NCBI GenBank assembly: GCA_965287045.1
Contig: OZ336878.1
Span: 47,492,001-47,556,000 of the forward strand
Reading direction: 5' to 3'
Length of the DNA: 64,000 nucleotides
From: Carcharhinus amblyrhynchos
Taxonomy: Eukaryota
Position numbers and translations under genes: made by a program. The notes under the pieces are model-generated. The model ran no database searches and was not told the origin of the DNA. It worked only from the letters and a program-made list of their open reading frames with translations. Of the stretch, positions 49,604-63,908 are shown one piece after another (within the stretch, counting starts at the first letter, position 1; each line of letters starts with the position of its first letter).

Positions 49604-49884
49604 AAAAGGAATGCCCAGAAGGAGGAGAAAGTCAGGAACTGTCATAGACAAAGGGCATTTTTCTCAAATTAGCATTATATCCACAACACCATGCAACCTA
49701 CTCACTTGATGGTGCAGGTGTCATGTAGCTTACAGATCTAAAGAATGTAATATCAATACCTGGGGCACCATATTTTCAGGGCCATTGGCTCAAAACAAGG
49801 GTATACTATTCCTTGCCCATCCCAAGAAGTTGCCACTGACAGCAAGAAGCAGTCTACCTCACATTTTGTTCCTATTGAAGCACC

Positions 49885-52535
49885 ATTTCGGGCAGCATGA
49901 CTTTGTATGGTGAAGGCCATGTCTCACCAACATGATTGACTGTTTTGAAGAGGTGACAAAGAAAATTTGTGAGGGAAGGTCTGTGGATATAGTTTATATG
50001 AAACTTAGTAAAGTGTTTGACAAGGTCCCACATGGCAGACTGGTACAAAAACTAAAAGAGTGCAGACTAACATGTGACTGCAGAGATGGTGTAGGAGAAA
50101 GGGTTTAAGTTACTTGGATAATTGGAACACATTCTGGGGAAGGTGGGACCTGCACAAACAGGATGGTTTGCACCTGAACCAGAGGGGCATAATATCCTGG
50201 GAGGGAAATTTGCATCTGCTCTTCAGGGGGGTTTAAACTAATTTGTCAGGGGGATGGGAAAATTAGATGTAGTCCAAAAGCCAGTGTTGAGGGTCCTGAG
50301 GTACTGAGGAAGGTACCAAGGTCGCAGGAATGTACAGGCAGACAGGATGGCGGGTTGAAGTGTATGTACTTCAATGCAAGGAGCATCAGGAATAAGGTAG
50401 GTGAACTTGGAGCGTGGATTGGTACTTGGGACTATGATGTTGTGGCCATTACGGAGATATGGATAGAACAGGGACGGGAATGGTTGTTGGCAGTTCCGGG
50501 GTATAAATGTTTCAGTAAGAGTAGGGAAAGCGGTAAGAGAGGTGGAGGAGTAGCATTGTTAATCAAGGATAGTTTAACGGCTGCTGAAAGGTATTTCGGG
50601 GGCGATCTGCCTACTGAGGTAGTATGGGCTGAAGTTAGAAATAGGAAAGAATCGGTCACGTTGCTAGGAGTTTTCTACAGGCCTCCAGATAGTAATAGAG
50701 ATGTGGAGGAGAAATGGCAAAGCGGATTATGGATAAGTGTGGAGGTCACAGGGTAGTTATCATGGGTGACTTTAACTTTCCAAATATTGATTGGAACCTT
50801 TATAGGTCGAATAGTTCAGATGGGACACTTTTTGGACAGTGTGCGCAGGAGAGTTTCCTGACACAATATGTGGATAAGCCAACAAGAGGTAGGACCACAT
50901 TGGACTTGGTACTGGGTAATGAATCGGGCCAAGTGTTAGATTTGTTTGTGGGAGAGCACTTTGGAGACAGTGACCACAATTCGGTGTCCTTCATTATTAC
51001 AAAGGAGAGGGATAGGGTCACATGCAGGGCAAGGTTTATAATTGGGGCAGGGGAAATCATGATGCCATTAGGCATGAATTAGGGAGCATGGGAGCAGAAA
51101 CTGTCAGGTACGGGGAAAAAAAAAGTGGAGCTTTTTCAAGGAACAAATACTACATGTCCTTGATAGGTATGTCCCTGGCAGGCAGGAAGGAAATGGCCAA
51201 GTGAGGGAACCATGGTTCACAAAGGAAGTTGAATGTCTTGTCAAGAGGAAAGAGGAAGCGTATGTAAGGATGAAAAAAAAGGTTCAGTTGGGTCACTTGA
51301 GTGTTACAAGGTAGCTAGGAATGAGTTAAAGAAAGAGGTTGGGAGAGTTAGGAGGGGGCATGAGAAGTCCTTGGCAGGTCAGATAAAAGAAAACCCCAAG
51401 ACTTTTTACACTTATCTGAGAAATAAAAGAATGACCAGGGTGAGGTTAGGGCCAGTCAAGGATAGTAGTGGAAACTTGTGCATGGAGTCAGAAGAGATAG
51501 GTGAGGAGTTGAATGAATACTTTTCTTCAGTGTTCACTAAGGAGAGGGGCCATGTTTTTGAGGATGAGTGCGTGATACAGGCTGATAGGATGGAGAACGT
51601 AGATGTTCTGAGGGAAGATGTATTAGCAATTTTGAAAAACCTGAGGGTCGATAAGTCCCCTGGGTCAGATGGGATACACCCTAGGATACTTTAGGAGGCA
51701 AGGGATGAGATTGCGGACCCTTTAGCTTTGATCTTTGGGTCATCACTGTCCATGAGGATTGTGCCAAAGGACTGGAGAGTGGCAAATGTTGTTCCTCTCT
51801 TCAAGAAAGGAAATAGGAATGACCCTGGTAATTATAGGCCAGTTAGTCTTACTTCAGTGGTTGGTAAGTTAATGAAAAGGGTCCTGAGAGATAGGATTTA
51901 TGGCCATTTGGAAAGATGCAGTTTAATCCGGGATAGTCAGCACGGTTTCATGAGGAGTAAGTCCTACCTCACAAATTTGACTGAATTCTTTGAGGAGGTA
52001 ATTAAGTGTGTGGACGAAGGTAGAGCAGTTGATGTCATATACATGGATTTTAGTAAAGCCTTTGATAAGCTTCCCCATGGTAGGCTCATGAAGAAGATAA
52101 GGATGTGTGGGATAGAAGGAAATTTGGCCAATTGGATAAGTAACTGGCTGTATCATAGAAGACAGAGTGGTGGTAGAAGGAAAATGTTCAGACTGGAGGC
52201 CAGTTACCAGCAGTGTACCACAGGGGTCAGTGCTGGCTCCTCTGCTATTTGTGATTTTTATCAATGACTTGGAAGAGGGGGCTGAAGGGTGGGTTAGTAA
52301 ATTTGCTGATGACACCAAGATTAGTGGAGTAGTGGATGAGGTGGAGGGCTCTTGGAGGCTGCAAAGAGACATTGATAGGATATAGAGCTGGGCCGAAAAG
52401 TGGCAGATGGAGTTTAACCCTGATAAGTGCGAGGTGATTCATTTTGGTAGGACAAACTTGAATGCAGATTACAGGGTCAATGGCAGGGTTCTAAGGAATG
52501 TGAAGGAACAGAGAGATCTTGGGGTTCATATCCCC
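49885..52535 (+). mobile_element. Long CR1 LINE (ORF1 end, APE endonuclease, RT), frameshifted, preceded by a short CR1 RT fragment
   Basis: DGLHLNQRG; YFNARSIRNK..VAITE..GGGVAL..FYRPP..MGDFNFP..SDHN; NYRPVSLTS..QHGF..YMDFSKAFD..KFADDTK. Confidence 0.93.
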
Positions 52536-52539
52536 AACT

Positions 52540-53385
52540 TACAACAGAATATAGATAGTTGGAGACTTGGGCACAGAAATAGCTGATGGAGTTTAATCTG
52601 GACAAATGCAACATGATGTATTTTGGAGGATCAAATTTAGGTGTGAATTATACTGTAAATGGCAGAACCCTTGGAAATTAACATACAGAGGGATCTGAAT
52701 GTGCAAGTCCACAGTTCCCTAAAAGTGCCAACACAGGTGGCCAAGGTGATTAAGAAGGCATATGGCATGCAGGTCTTCATCAGTCGGAGCACTGGGTACA
52801 AGAGTTGGGAAATCATGTTGCAGCTAGATAAAACCTTGCATTTGGAGTATTGCATGCAATTCTGGTCACGACACTATCAGAAGGATGTGGAAGCTTTGGA
52901 GGTAGTACAAAAAAGGTTCACCAGGATGTTGCCTAGTCTCAAAGGTGTTGGCTATGAGGAGAGGTTGAATAAACTAGGACTGTTTTCACTGGAAAGACAG
53001 AGGCTAAGGAGAGACATGATAGAGGTCTACAAAATTATGAGAGGCATAGACAGGATAAATAGTCAGAGGCTTTTTCCAAGAGTGATAGTGCCAATTACAA
53101 GGGGACACAGGTTTAAAGTGAGCAGGGGAAAGTTTAAGGGAAATGTACGGAGGAAATTTTTCATGCAGAAAGTGGTGGGTACCTTTAACGTGTAACTGGA
53201 GGAGGAGGTGGAAGCAGACACATGAACAACATTTAAGAGGCATCTGGATTGGTACATGAACAAGGAAGAAATAGAGGGATACGGGCCAAATAAGGGCAGG
53301 ATTTTTTTTTTAGTTAGGGCATCATGATCGGCACAGCCTTGGAGGGCTGAAGGGCCTGTTCCTGTGCTTACATTCCTTTGTTCTT
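52540..53385 (+). mobile_element. CR1 LINE 3' end (different copy or subfamily)
   Basis: Repeats the MEFNxDKC region; FWSRHYQKDVEALE..RFTRMLP. Confidence 0.88.
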
Positions 53386-54304
53386 TGTTGTTCACTAAGA
53401 AAGTCGCAGGGCAGGGAAATAGAAGACATGTCGCATACATTATCAAAAAGGGGAAATCCGTGGGTAAACAGACTGAACATATCTGCACCATTAGACCATA
53501 TGACATAGAAGCAGAAGTAGGCTTCTTGACCCATCGAGTCTGCCTACTGCTAGAATCTGCCCAATCTGGCTTATAGCATCATGACACTTCAGTTAAGATC
53601 ACAGTGCGATAGCTGGGGTAAATACAACGGTATTCATGGGTCCTAATGTAAGACTTTAATCAATGACAACAATACTTGGTGTGGCCAGGATGTAAAGAAA
53701 TGTGTTTGGATGTTCCATGTTGCAGTCTGGAGCAAGAGTAGGATTTAGGCCAGATGTGTGCCATGTAGAGCAATACAGAGAATGCCTCAAACCTGATGGC
53801 TAGGTTTTTACCAGCAATGGAGAGGTAGTATTGCTCCCACAAGCCTAGTTTCTATTCTACTGTGGTTGCATGCTCCTTCCAGTTTTTGCTTCCCCATTCC
53901 CACCCATTGGCCTGCCAAACCCTGCTGAACCATATCCCCAGCAGTCTCAAACAATCTACCCTGACAGTAAAAGGGACAAAGGATCAGTCTGCCCAGTTCC
54001 CCCAAAAAGTGGGCTGGAATTCTCCCATCCCACCCGCATTGGAATTCTAGTGGGGTGGGGGGGAGCAGACTATGTAAAGGCCCATTGAAGTCAGGCAGGT
54101 GAGTGTGGCCGGAGAATCCCATCCATGGCCTTGTTCTTGAGCAATTTATTTTGACTCTTGAGGCCAGTTTGGGATGGTGACGAATTCTCATCAACTTGCA
54201 AACTGACAGTTCATGTAATATTTTAAACCGAGCTTTTCCAGTGCCTGGAATGATCACCCCACTTGGGCCCACATCCATCTGGAAGGTCTTGGCAAACCAG
54301 TAGA

Positions 54305-55570
54305 AAAGTTACCACACAGAAAGAGGCCATTCTGCCCATTGTGTCTCTGCAGGCCAAAGAAAGTGAAAAAAAGAAACTAACCATTCATTTTAATTCTACT
54401 TCCCAGCAACTGGTTCATGGTCTTGAAGGTTGCAGCACTTCAGAAACAGATCCAATTATTTTTTAAATTTCAGCCTCAGCCACCAATTCAAACAGGGAAT
54501 TTCAGACACACCTACTCTCTGTCTTTTCTCATGTTCTCTCTAATCGTTCTACCATTCATAATTCTATACCACTGGTAATTGCCCCTCATCTAGGGGAAAC
54601 AGGTCTCTCCTGTCTATCCTTTCTAGGCTCCTCTTAATTTGTACATCTCATTTAGGTCATTCCTTAGCCTCCTCTGCTTAAGGAAAACAATCCCCTCCTA
54701 TCTAGTTTTTTTCTAATAGCTGCAATTTTAAAAGCTCTGCAACATTTTTGTAAATCTCTTTTATACTTTCTCCAGAACAGTTATGTACTTCCTGTGACGT
54801 AGCAACCAGAATTCTACAAAAATTCCATTAGTGGCCTAACCAGCATTTCACACGGTCCCAGCATTACATTCTTGTTTTTGTATTCAATACCACATTTAAA
54901 AAAGGAAAACATTCCATATACGTTCATAACCACCTTATCTATCTATCCTGCAACCTTCTGAGACTTGTGGGCATGCATTCCAAGGTGTCTCACTTCCTTT
55001 ACTCCTCTCAATATCTTCCAGTTTTTTGAGTATTTCCTTGCATTTTTGCCCTCTCCAAATGCATTACCTCATACTTCTCTGGATTGAATTCCTTTTGCTA
55101 TTTTTCCACCCACTCAACAAACGATTAATATTATTCCGGAGACAAAAGAACATAGAGAAGAACATAAGAACTTGGAGAAGTTCAGCCCCTAGACCCTGCT
55201 TGATCATAGCTTGTCTCAACAGCTCAATCAATATGATCATAGCTAATCTCAATAGCTCGATAAATATGAGCATAGCTGATCTCATCTCAGCCTCATCGCC
55301 AAATCCCTGCTCATTCCCCATAACATTTCATTCCACTGCTAATTAAAAACTTACCTATCTAGCGTGTCGGAGTCCACTGAACTCTGGGGTAAAGAATTCC
55401 ATAGATTCAAGACCCTTTGAGTGAAGTAATTCTTCCTCATTCCTGTTTTGAATTTGTCACCTCTTAGTTTAAAACTATGGCCTCTCATTCTAGAATGTCC
55501 AACAAGAGGAAACATCTGCTCTACCCTGTCAATCCCCTCTAGCATCTTATTTACCTCAATTAGATCTTGT
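54305..55570 (-). mobile_element. Two CR1 3' fragments
   Basis: DLIEVNKMLEGIDRVEQMFPLVG..YFTQRVLNLWNSLP and an older copy at 54.3-55.1 kb. Confidence 0.75.
55200..55286 (+). repeat. ~33 bp tandem repeat, about 2.5 copies, in CR1 3' UTR
   Basis: TGATCATAGCT..TCTCAA.AGCTC.AT.AATA repeated. Confidence 0.75.
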
Positions 55571-56559
55571 AGTGGAGATTTTCTTTTAAAATAGTGGCAA
55601 ATTTCTAAAAACTTAGATTCTATCTGAAAAACTTGCAAAAGGCAAATCATTGTTCAAAAGACTTAACCAAAATTTATTTTAAATAGAAGAAATCATACAA
55701 GACAGACAATAAATTAACATATGGATAGGAGGGCTTTAGAGGTTCAAAAAGCCCAGGTTTGGCGCTATGGGACCCCTCCAAAGATTTGAGACACTCAGCC
55801 AAAATACTGAAAAATTATACTCTTCATTATCTAAGATAAATCTCCTCATTAGCTTAGATTCCATTTCATTTAGTATTAACATGTCAGTCCAATACATGTC
55901 AGATTATCCCAGCCAATCGCAATATGCCACTTGATATAATGATATTTCATTTGTCCACTTAATTCTGGACATCTTCCCACTTGGCTAAGCCCACTTCCTT
56001 GTTGCTATGTAGTTAGGGATGCTTCTTTAGCTAAACCTTCCCCATAGGCACATTGCCAGGACAGAGACATATGCCACTCTCTGGGCCTTTAGAATGACAC
56101 TTTCTTATGCCTGGACAATGGGTGCTTCTGTAATATTACAATGTGTTACAGTCTTTGTCCCAGGACTTGAAACTTCTAATACTTACTCTGCTGATTAATG
56201 GACTCCCAGCTCTGAACTACTGACCTTACCATTCATTATATTTTGCAACATTTGCATTTTGACTGAGTTTAACAATACATTTATACATTAAAAATATATT
56301 AAAATACACTTAATATTTCAATATGCACTTTAAAATCATTTTCATTTTGTTTTAAAACTGTTTTGCATTCATATGTGAGCACTGTTCACATTAACTGGTT
56401 ATATAGAATCATTTAACTCCCTCCAGCTGTTCTGTCACGATAAAGACTACATCTGCCTGTGAATCTAACTAACTGATCTAAAATTCCCTTCCACAGAGCC
56501 CCTCTCAATCATTGTATAGTCATTAGCACTGCTGCTTCACAGTTGTGGGACAACAGTTA

Positions 56560-57260
56560 TCCTCTTCATTACCAACCACACAGCCAAACTTCCCAATCAT
56601 ACCTCCCACATTTAAGTCCAGATCACTAATAAATACAATAAGCAGCAAAGACCCCAATACCGAACCCTGCGTAACACCATTGGAAACTGCTTTCCATTCG
56701 TTAAAACATCAATCAAACTTTACTCTTTGCTTCCCGTCACTGAACAAGTTTTGGATCCGATTTACCATTCTCCCCAGTATCCCATAGAATTTGACTTTTC
56801 TGACCAGCACGCTTGGTTAAATGTCGTATTAAAATCCATGTAGTCAAATTTCATGACACTTCTCTCATCAATCCCCCTTGATACTTCCTTGAAAAACTTG
56901 ATTAAGTTAGCAAGACACAATCTTCCCCTAATGAAAACATACCGTCTCTGATCAATCCATGCCTTTCTAAGCAACAGTATATCCTGTCTCTCAGAATTGA
57001 GTCCAAGGATTTTCCTATCACCAAAGTCAGACTGACCAGCCTATAGTTTTCAGGCTTATCGTTCGCACCCTTTCAAATAATGGTACAGTGTTCGTGGATC
57101 TCCAATCCTCTGGTACCTCACATGTGTCTAGTGAGGATTGGGAATGATCCTCAGAGCATCTGTTATTTCCACCTTGCCTTCCTTTAACAGCTTGGAATGC
57201 AATCTGTCTTACCCTAGTGATGTGCCTGCTTTCAAAGCTGTTAGTCCTTCCAGTACTTCC
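56560..57260 (-). mobile_element. CR1 RT fragment
   Basis: FIRGRLCLANLIKFFKEVSRGIDE..YMDFNTTFN. Confidence 0.8.
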
Positions 57261-58494
57261 TTTCTCATAATGCTTATTAATGTAACCAATGATAACATTG
57301 GATCTGTTATAATGTAACCAATGGTAACGTGTTGTGAGGGTCAGCTGACCCAGTAGACAATGTAACCAATAACAAAATGATGTGATGGTCAGTTGACCAG
57401 TTGACCCAGTATAAATAAAAAGCAGGTGGGAATTGTGGGGAGCTTGTATGGTTTAGGGTGTGACCTAAGTGTTAGAGTAATGAAGTCTCTTTGCTGAATT
57501 TTTTTCTTTGATTTACTTTCTAAAGTTAGTTATTTTAATGCTTGCAACTCAAGGACCCTTCTTGCCGGATTAACAGAGGAAAACTCATCATGGCTTGTTT
57601 GTTTTGTAAGGCCTGAAGTGGTGCTACTGACTCAGGACATGGCCGTGACAGAAGTTAGAAGCAAATTTGTGTCATTTGATTGTTCGCCTGTCTTTCCAGA
57701 TGCCAAACCATACCAGCAATGGAAAGCAGAAGTAGAAGTGTGGACTCTTGTTACTACAGTACCAAGCAAAAAGCTGGATATGACCTTAGCTTTGTCACTT
57801 CTGGCTAGAACTAAGATAAAGGACAAAGTGTTTTCTGACTGGACTGCAGATGCCCAAAATAAAGAGGGGTTACAGTTCCTGTTGCAATATCTGGACAAGT
57901 TTTACCAAAAAGATGAGTTTTAGGTGAACAACAAAGGGTAGCTGATTTTTGACAGGATGAGAAGACAAAAAAAAAGTCCTTGGAGAAAAATGTAATGGAT
58001 TTTGATAGGGGCTGTAACAAACTAATGAAATTTAATTTGGAGATTCCAGAAGCAGTATTGGCCTTTAAGTTGTTGGTCTGTGCATGACTGCCTCAGATGG
58101 ACAGTCCTCTGGGAATGACTGGAATACAATTTAAGGGAACAGAGCCCCTCTTTGATCAGATGGTATCATCATTAAAAAAAATTTTTTGGGAAAATAATTG
58201 TTCCCTGCTACTTTTTTCAATTCAGATCGGAATGCTGTGGCGACCACAATAGAGGATTCAATGGTAGCTTCACTGCATTCTTGACCAAAAGGTACACAAA
58301 AGCCCCAAAAGAAACATAATTTCTTCTTGTTAGGCAATTCACTATGTGGTGATTATGGGGAAATCACAATGAAAACAGCAATTCATATCCCTTTTGCATT
58401 TCTTCAGTTTAAATGTATTTTATCAGCCTTCCATATGTGTCTATCTCCATTATCAAATCGGTCATATCTGGTTTCAACATCAGATCTGTTATTA

Positions 58495-58975
58495 GTACAA
58501 AGAACAAAGAACAACCCAGCACGGGAAACAGGCCCTTCGGCCCAACGAGCCCACGCCACCGCATCCTCCTACACCTACCCTGCCCTGTGTGTATGTGAGT
58601 GGAACCCCTAACTTAGCCAGATTCAGGGGAGAATAGTGTCAATTTGGTAAAACCAATCAGCCTAAGAGCACATCTTTGGGGTGTGGGAGGAAACCGGAGC
58701 ACCCGGAGGAAACCCACGCAACCACAGGGAGAATGCGCAAACTCCCACAGACACAGGCCCAAATCCATGTATCTGCACAGCTAGCAGTGCTAGTCACTGA
58801 GCTGTTGCGGTGCCCGTCTACTGGTCTAGGGTTAAGCGCACACACCGACACGAAGTACTAGGCCACTCCCAGAACCTCCAAGAGCAGCCCACGCACGACC
58901 CACCGTGTGCATGCCCCTCGTTTGACAACAAGGTGGACCGACACCTGCGGAATAAAAAGACAAAAACGTTAACAT
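58495..58975 (-). mobile_element. V-SINE (second family) inserted in Copia gag
   Basis: GTGGGAGGAAACCGGAGCACCCGGAGGAAACCCACGC core and (AAGAACA)n tail; 5' boundary uncertain. Confidence 0.75.
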
Positions 58976-59805
58976 GTAATTCTAGTGTAACTGTTTCTTT
59001 GTCACTTCTGGCTAGAAGTGAGATAAGGAGCAATGTGTTTTCTGACTGGATGCAGATGCCCTAAATAAACTTGTCTTTTTGGTAAAACTTATCTCGATAT
59101 TGCAACAAGTGCTGTACCCCTTCTTTATTTAGGATATCTGCAGTCCAGTCGGGAAACCCTTTGTCTCCTTCTAGGCAGAAGTAACAAAGAGACAGTTACA
59201 CTAATGAAATTATGTTTCTTTAGGGGTCTTTGTGTACCTCTTGGTTGAGAATGCAGCTAAGCTACCATTGAGTCCTCTATTCTGATTGCCATAGCATTCC
59301 AATCTGAATTGAAAAAAGTGGCAGGGAACAGTTGTTTCCCAACTGACTTGATGTTAAAACCGGATATAACTGATTTGATAATAGAGATAGAAGACACACA
59401 TAGGTGGGGTGATAAAAGTTGTTTCAGTCGAAGAAATGGAAAAGGGATTGTAAGTTGCTATTTTCAATGCGATTTCCCATATCCCTACATAGTGAATTGT
59501 CCAAAAAGGAAATTGCATCTTTGAAGCCGCACACGAAACAGAATACATAGAAACTGACAGTGATGACGATAAGGGCCATGAAGGCAATAAAGAGTGCGCT
59601 GATGATAGACTCTTTCAATTGTATGTGACAAAATTGGCTAAATTGCAATTGAGGATCCCTTGATCATAAAGAGCGAAAGAAAGTTAAAGAATGTGACAGT
59701 TTCCCCTGTTTTCGATTTGGAGATGATAATACTTTAACATCTTCCAAAAGGGTGATACTTCCCTGTAGAATTGCAGGAATCAACTTGTTCATAAGTACAG
59801 ATGTT

Positions 59806-60528
59806 GGGTCCAATTTACCATTATGTTGCCCCCATTTTCGGCTGCGAAAACTTGGTAAAGTTGGACGTGAGGGGACTAGCGATCTGCTCCTGCCATCGCA
59901 TCAGTTCCCCTTTTACCAAGGCCTGAAAATGGCATGCATTTAAATTGATTTAATGAGCTGTACGCTCAACTTTACTGGCACTTCCCCCTTTACAACCACT
60001 GCATTCGCCCATCCAGAATCAGTGTGAAACAGACATGCTCCATAGAAGTCCAATTCAGTCTCTCCAGTTAGTGAGGAGGTAAGTGCCTGGTGTCCAAAGG
60101 CTCTCTGCTTGAGATCATGGCAGGGGGAGAAGGTAGGTGCCCTGGCACTCTGCCTGAGATCAGTGGAGGGGAGGGGTCTGGGTGACAGGGGAGTGGGAGG
60201 ATAAGGTGGTCAGTAATGTTGTGGGGATGGGGCAATGCCTGTGGGGGCTAGGGGGAGGCATTATCCAGCCCAGGAGGGATGTGGCAGGCAGCAGCATTCT
60301 ATCTTTTCTATTCTGCGCACGCGCAGTTGGAGGCACCAATTGGAACTGCAGGGTTTCGGGCACATTAAGTCCTACCCACAGGCTTCTGCAGCGTCACTCA
60401 GAGTTGCTGATATTTTTGCAGGCAGAATGCATTTGGGGTGCCTCAGAATGGGTCTAAATGTTGGATCTGAAATGCTCCCAGTTTCAAGTCCACCTAGCAC
60501 TTAGAATCAAAATGGTGAAATAGAGCCC
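59806..60528. mobile_element. Harbinger-like MITE, related to 15.86-17.06 kb
   Basis: TIRs GGGTCCAATTTACCATT / AATGGTGAAATAGAGCCC; flanks GTT/ATT; splits the Copia protease. Confidence 0.75.
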
Positions 60529-62829
60529 ATTGGTTTGAGTGATTTTGTTATTAAGCAGGTCTGCAATGAAGAAAGCCCAGATGACTATCAATTTGAAGCA
60601 TGACAAAACTGTGGTATTTGGAAGATATGTAGATCTACATTTTGAGGTCAGGCCATTATTGCCTTCCCTTAAGTGAACCGAAAATGTCAAACCAAAAGGT
60701 TCATGATGCATTAATGTTGCTTACAGACAACAGCTTGATGGACAAAAAAGATTATTTTGAAACTTCAAACATGGTTTGCTCATCCAGCACCACAGAGACT
60801 GAGAACACTGCTGCAGGACACATGTGTGCTGGATAAGGGTTATAATCTCACAGGGCAAATACAGAGATTTGTACAAAATATAGAAAGACAGCTCTGCATC
60901 CAGTTGTGAGCCTACCATTAGCTCAGGATTTCAACAATGTAGTGGCAATAGATTTGCGATAAAAGCAAAAGCGTCTATTTACTACATTTCATGGAGATGA
61001 CCACCCAGTTTAGCATATCTACAGTGATTTACAAAGATAAAAAGATTAAATTATGACTTATTAGATTGGAACAGGGTTGGGGTACTGTCTAAATTTTTGA
61101 TGGACAATGGGGGTGAATTTGCAATGATGAGTTCCAAAATATGTGCAAAGATTTAAATATTGTGGTGATGCACACTGCAGCAAAAAACCCATTCATCAAG
61201 GATCTCTGTAATGGAATCATGCAGTAATAGATGATATGCTGCATAAAGTTTTGGCAGATCAACCAGGCTGTAAATTGCAGATTGCGTTAGCGTGGGCAAT
61301 GCATGCAAAACTTTACTACAAATAGTGGAGGGTTATAATCCGTACCAATTGATATACAGGAGGAACTCAAAATTATTGAAAACGCTCCTCTGGATTAGAA
61401 GGGACAAGCATTAATTCCATTTTTTCTGCACATCTGAACGCCATGCATACAGAGAAAAAGACTTTCATTAAGGTTAAAATTTCAGAATGGATAAGATGAG
61501 CCCTAAGGCTCATTGTATAAGACCATCAGGGGGTATATTTTGAAAAAGAGGATTATGGTCTACTATAAAAGAATGGAAAGAGCCAGGTAAAATGACGGGG
61601 ATGGATAGCAAGGTAGTTATATTATAACATGATAATTAGACAGTGTAAGCCCACTCTTTGGGAGTAGTGAAAATTGATTATGAATTGAGAGCACCTGAAC
61701 AAGATGCAGAAATACAAGAAGCACCTTGTACCTCACATAGACATACCTTAAGCAACAATGATGACCAGACAACTATAGCTGAGAGTGAATCTGATGATCA
61801 GCTAAATAACAGTGAGCCAGGAGATGAAGCTGTTACTTCAAAGGTTCAGTTACCCAAAGTGGGGACAGTGGGTCAAGTGCGTGGGAGGGATGCCACTATA
61901 ATCAAAAGAGTAAGAAAAGACTCAGGAAAGTATAAACATTGACTCAACACCCAAGAGTAAGGGCAAAGAGCAAAAGCTATGGATTGGAAAAATTGAAGTC
62001 AAAAAAATGAGTTTTAAGTTTTGAGGATGAGACTGAGCACTCATGAACCCAGGAAAAAGTCACAAATCTGTGGCCAAAGTTGTGTTAACAAGGAACAGCA
62101 GTCTGAGAGTAGCAGCCCTGACAGCGACAAATGCAGCAGTAGTGGCCAGAGTTTAACAAAGGCTAGGAATCAAACCAATGATAGTAATAGGATTAGATGT
62201 CCCCATGATAGGGAAATGTTAGTGGCTGCCAATAAAAAAAAGCTCATGGAAATAAGAAACAAAGAACTATACATTTGGTAAGAGTTTGAAGTGCACACTG
62301 AGGTACCAGATAAAAGGCAACTGCTCTGTCCCAGGGTTTGCACAAAGTTTTGCAAGATGGGACTTATAAAGCAAAGACAGGTTAGTAGCTCATGGGTATG
62401 AGTAACACTTGTGGGGGGAGACAGCTGGGAAAGTGACACTGGATTTTTTTCACTATCCTGGCATCTAATAATTGGGAATGTAGATCAATAGGTATCAAAG
62501 CAGCACTTTTGCAGAGTGAAACATTACAAAGGAAAGGCTTTTTGAAGCCACTCAAAGAAGCAACTTATACGTAGGGACAGCTGCAAAAACTGAACAAATG
62601 CATATATGGATTAAACGATGCCTCAAGGATTTGGTATTTTTCTGTACTATCTGTATTGTTGAAAACTGGCTGTGTCCAGTTATAAGTAGATCCTGCAATG
62701 TTCTATTGGAAATGTGATCAAAAATTGGTCGGAATTTTTGTGATGTATGTTAACTTCCTATGGGATAGCACAAAAGAGTTTGAAAAGAGAGTAATTAACA
62801 GGTTAACAACAGAATTTAAAGTAGGGAGT

Positions 62830-63087
62830 TACAGAGTTGAGGAGGAACTTCTTTCTCCCAGAGGGTAAGGAACCTTTGGAATTCTCTGCCTAATGAAGCA
62901 GTAGAGACTACCTTGTTAAATGTGTTTAAATCACAGATTTTTAACCAATAAGGAAATTAACGGTTATGGGGAGCGGGCGGGTAAGTGGAACTGAACCCAC
63001 TATCAGATCAGCCATGATCTTATTGAACGGCAGAGAAGGCTCAAGGGGCTAGATGACCTACTCCTGCTCCTATTTCTTATGTTCTGA
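62830..63087 (+). mobile_element. CR1 3' end in Copia RT
   Basis: RRNFFLP..LWNSLP region and 3' UTR ending CTCCTATTTCTTATGTTC. Confidence 0.8.
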
Positions 63088-63499
63088 TGAGTCAAGCAGC
63101 TGGTGCTTTTCGAAATCTGACAAAGCAAATCCAGGTTAATGATGAATCAACCGGGATATCTAGACAGCATTGACCTTTGACCTGAGAATAGGATCAAAGA
63201 GGAACTGGCCAATAAAAAAGAAATATAATAGTTGAGTAATATAATACGACAGTTAAATTGGCTATGCACACAGACAAGACTGAATGGGAGCTATAATGTC
63301 CGAGAGCTAAGTAATATGTTAAGGCTTCAGACCAGGAGATCTTGCAGGCAGATAAAACTTCAAAAAAAACTAAAATCAGAGGAATGTGTAATTAAATTTC
63401 CAATAATGGGAGAACTGGAAGATATGACGTTAGTTGTATTTAGTGATGTTTCACATGCCAATCTACCAGATGGACTTTCGAACAGTGCTGGATTCATGA

Positions 63500-63908
63500 T
63501 AGGCTGAGGGAGCTAGGTCTTTTCTCCCTGGAGAGACAAAGATTGAGAGGCGACCTGATAGACGTTTATAAGATGTTGAGAGGTATAGATAGGGTGGATT
63601 CTCAGAGACTATTTCCCAGAGCTGAAACAGTCGCTACGAGAGGACACAGGTTTAAGGTGCTGGGGAACAGGTACAGAGGAGATGTCAGGGGTAAGTTTTT
63701 CACTCAGAGGGTGGTGAGTGAGTGGAATCGGCTGCCATTGGTGGTGGTAGAGGCGAACTCATTGGGGTCTTTTAAGAGACTTATGGATGAGTACATGGGA
63801 TTTAATGGGATTGAGAGTTATAGATAGGCCTGGTAGGTATGGATATGATTGGCGCAACGTGTGGGCCAAAGGGCCTGTTTGTGCTGTAGTGTTCTATGTT
63901 CTATATTC
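63500..63908 (+). mobile_element. Young CR1 3' end, same subfamily as 41.8-42.8 kb
   Basis: RGDLIDVYKMLRGIDRVDSQRLFPR; closely similar 3' UTR. Confidence 0.92.
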
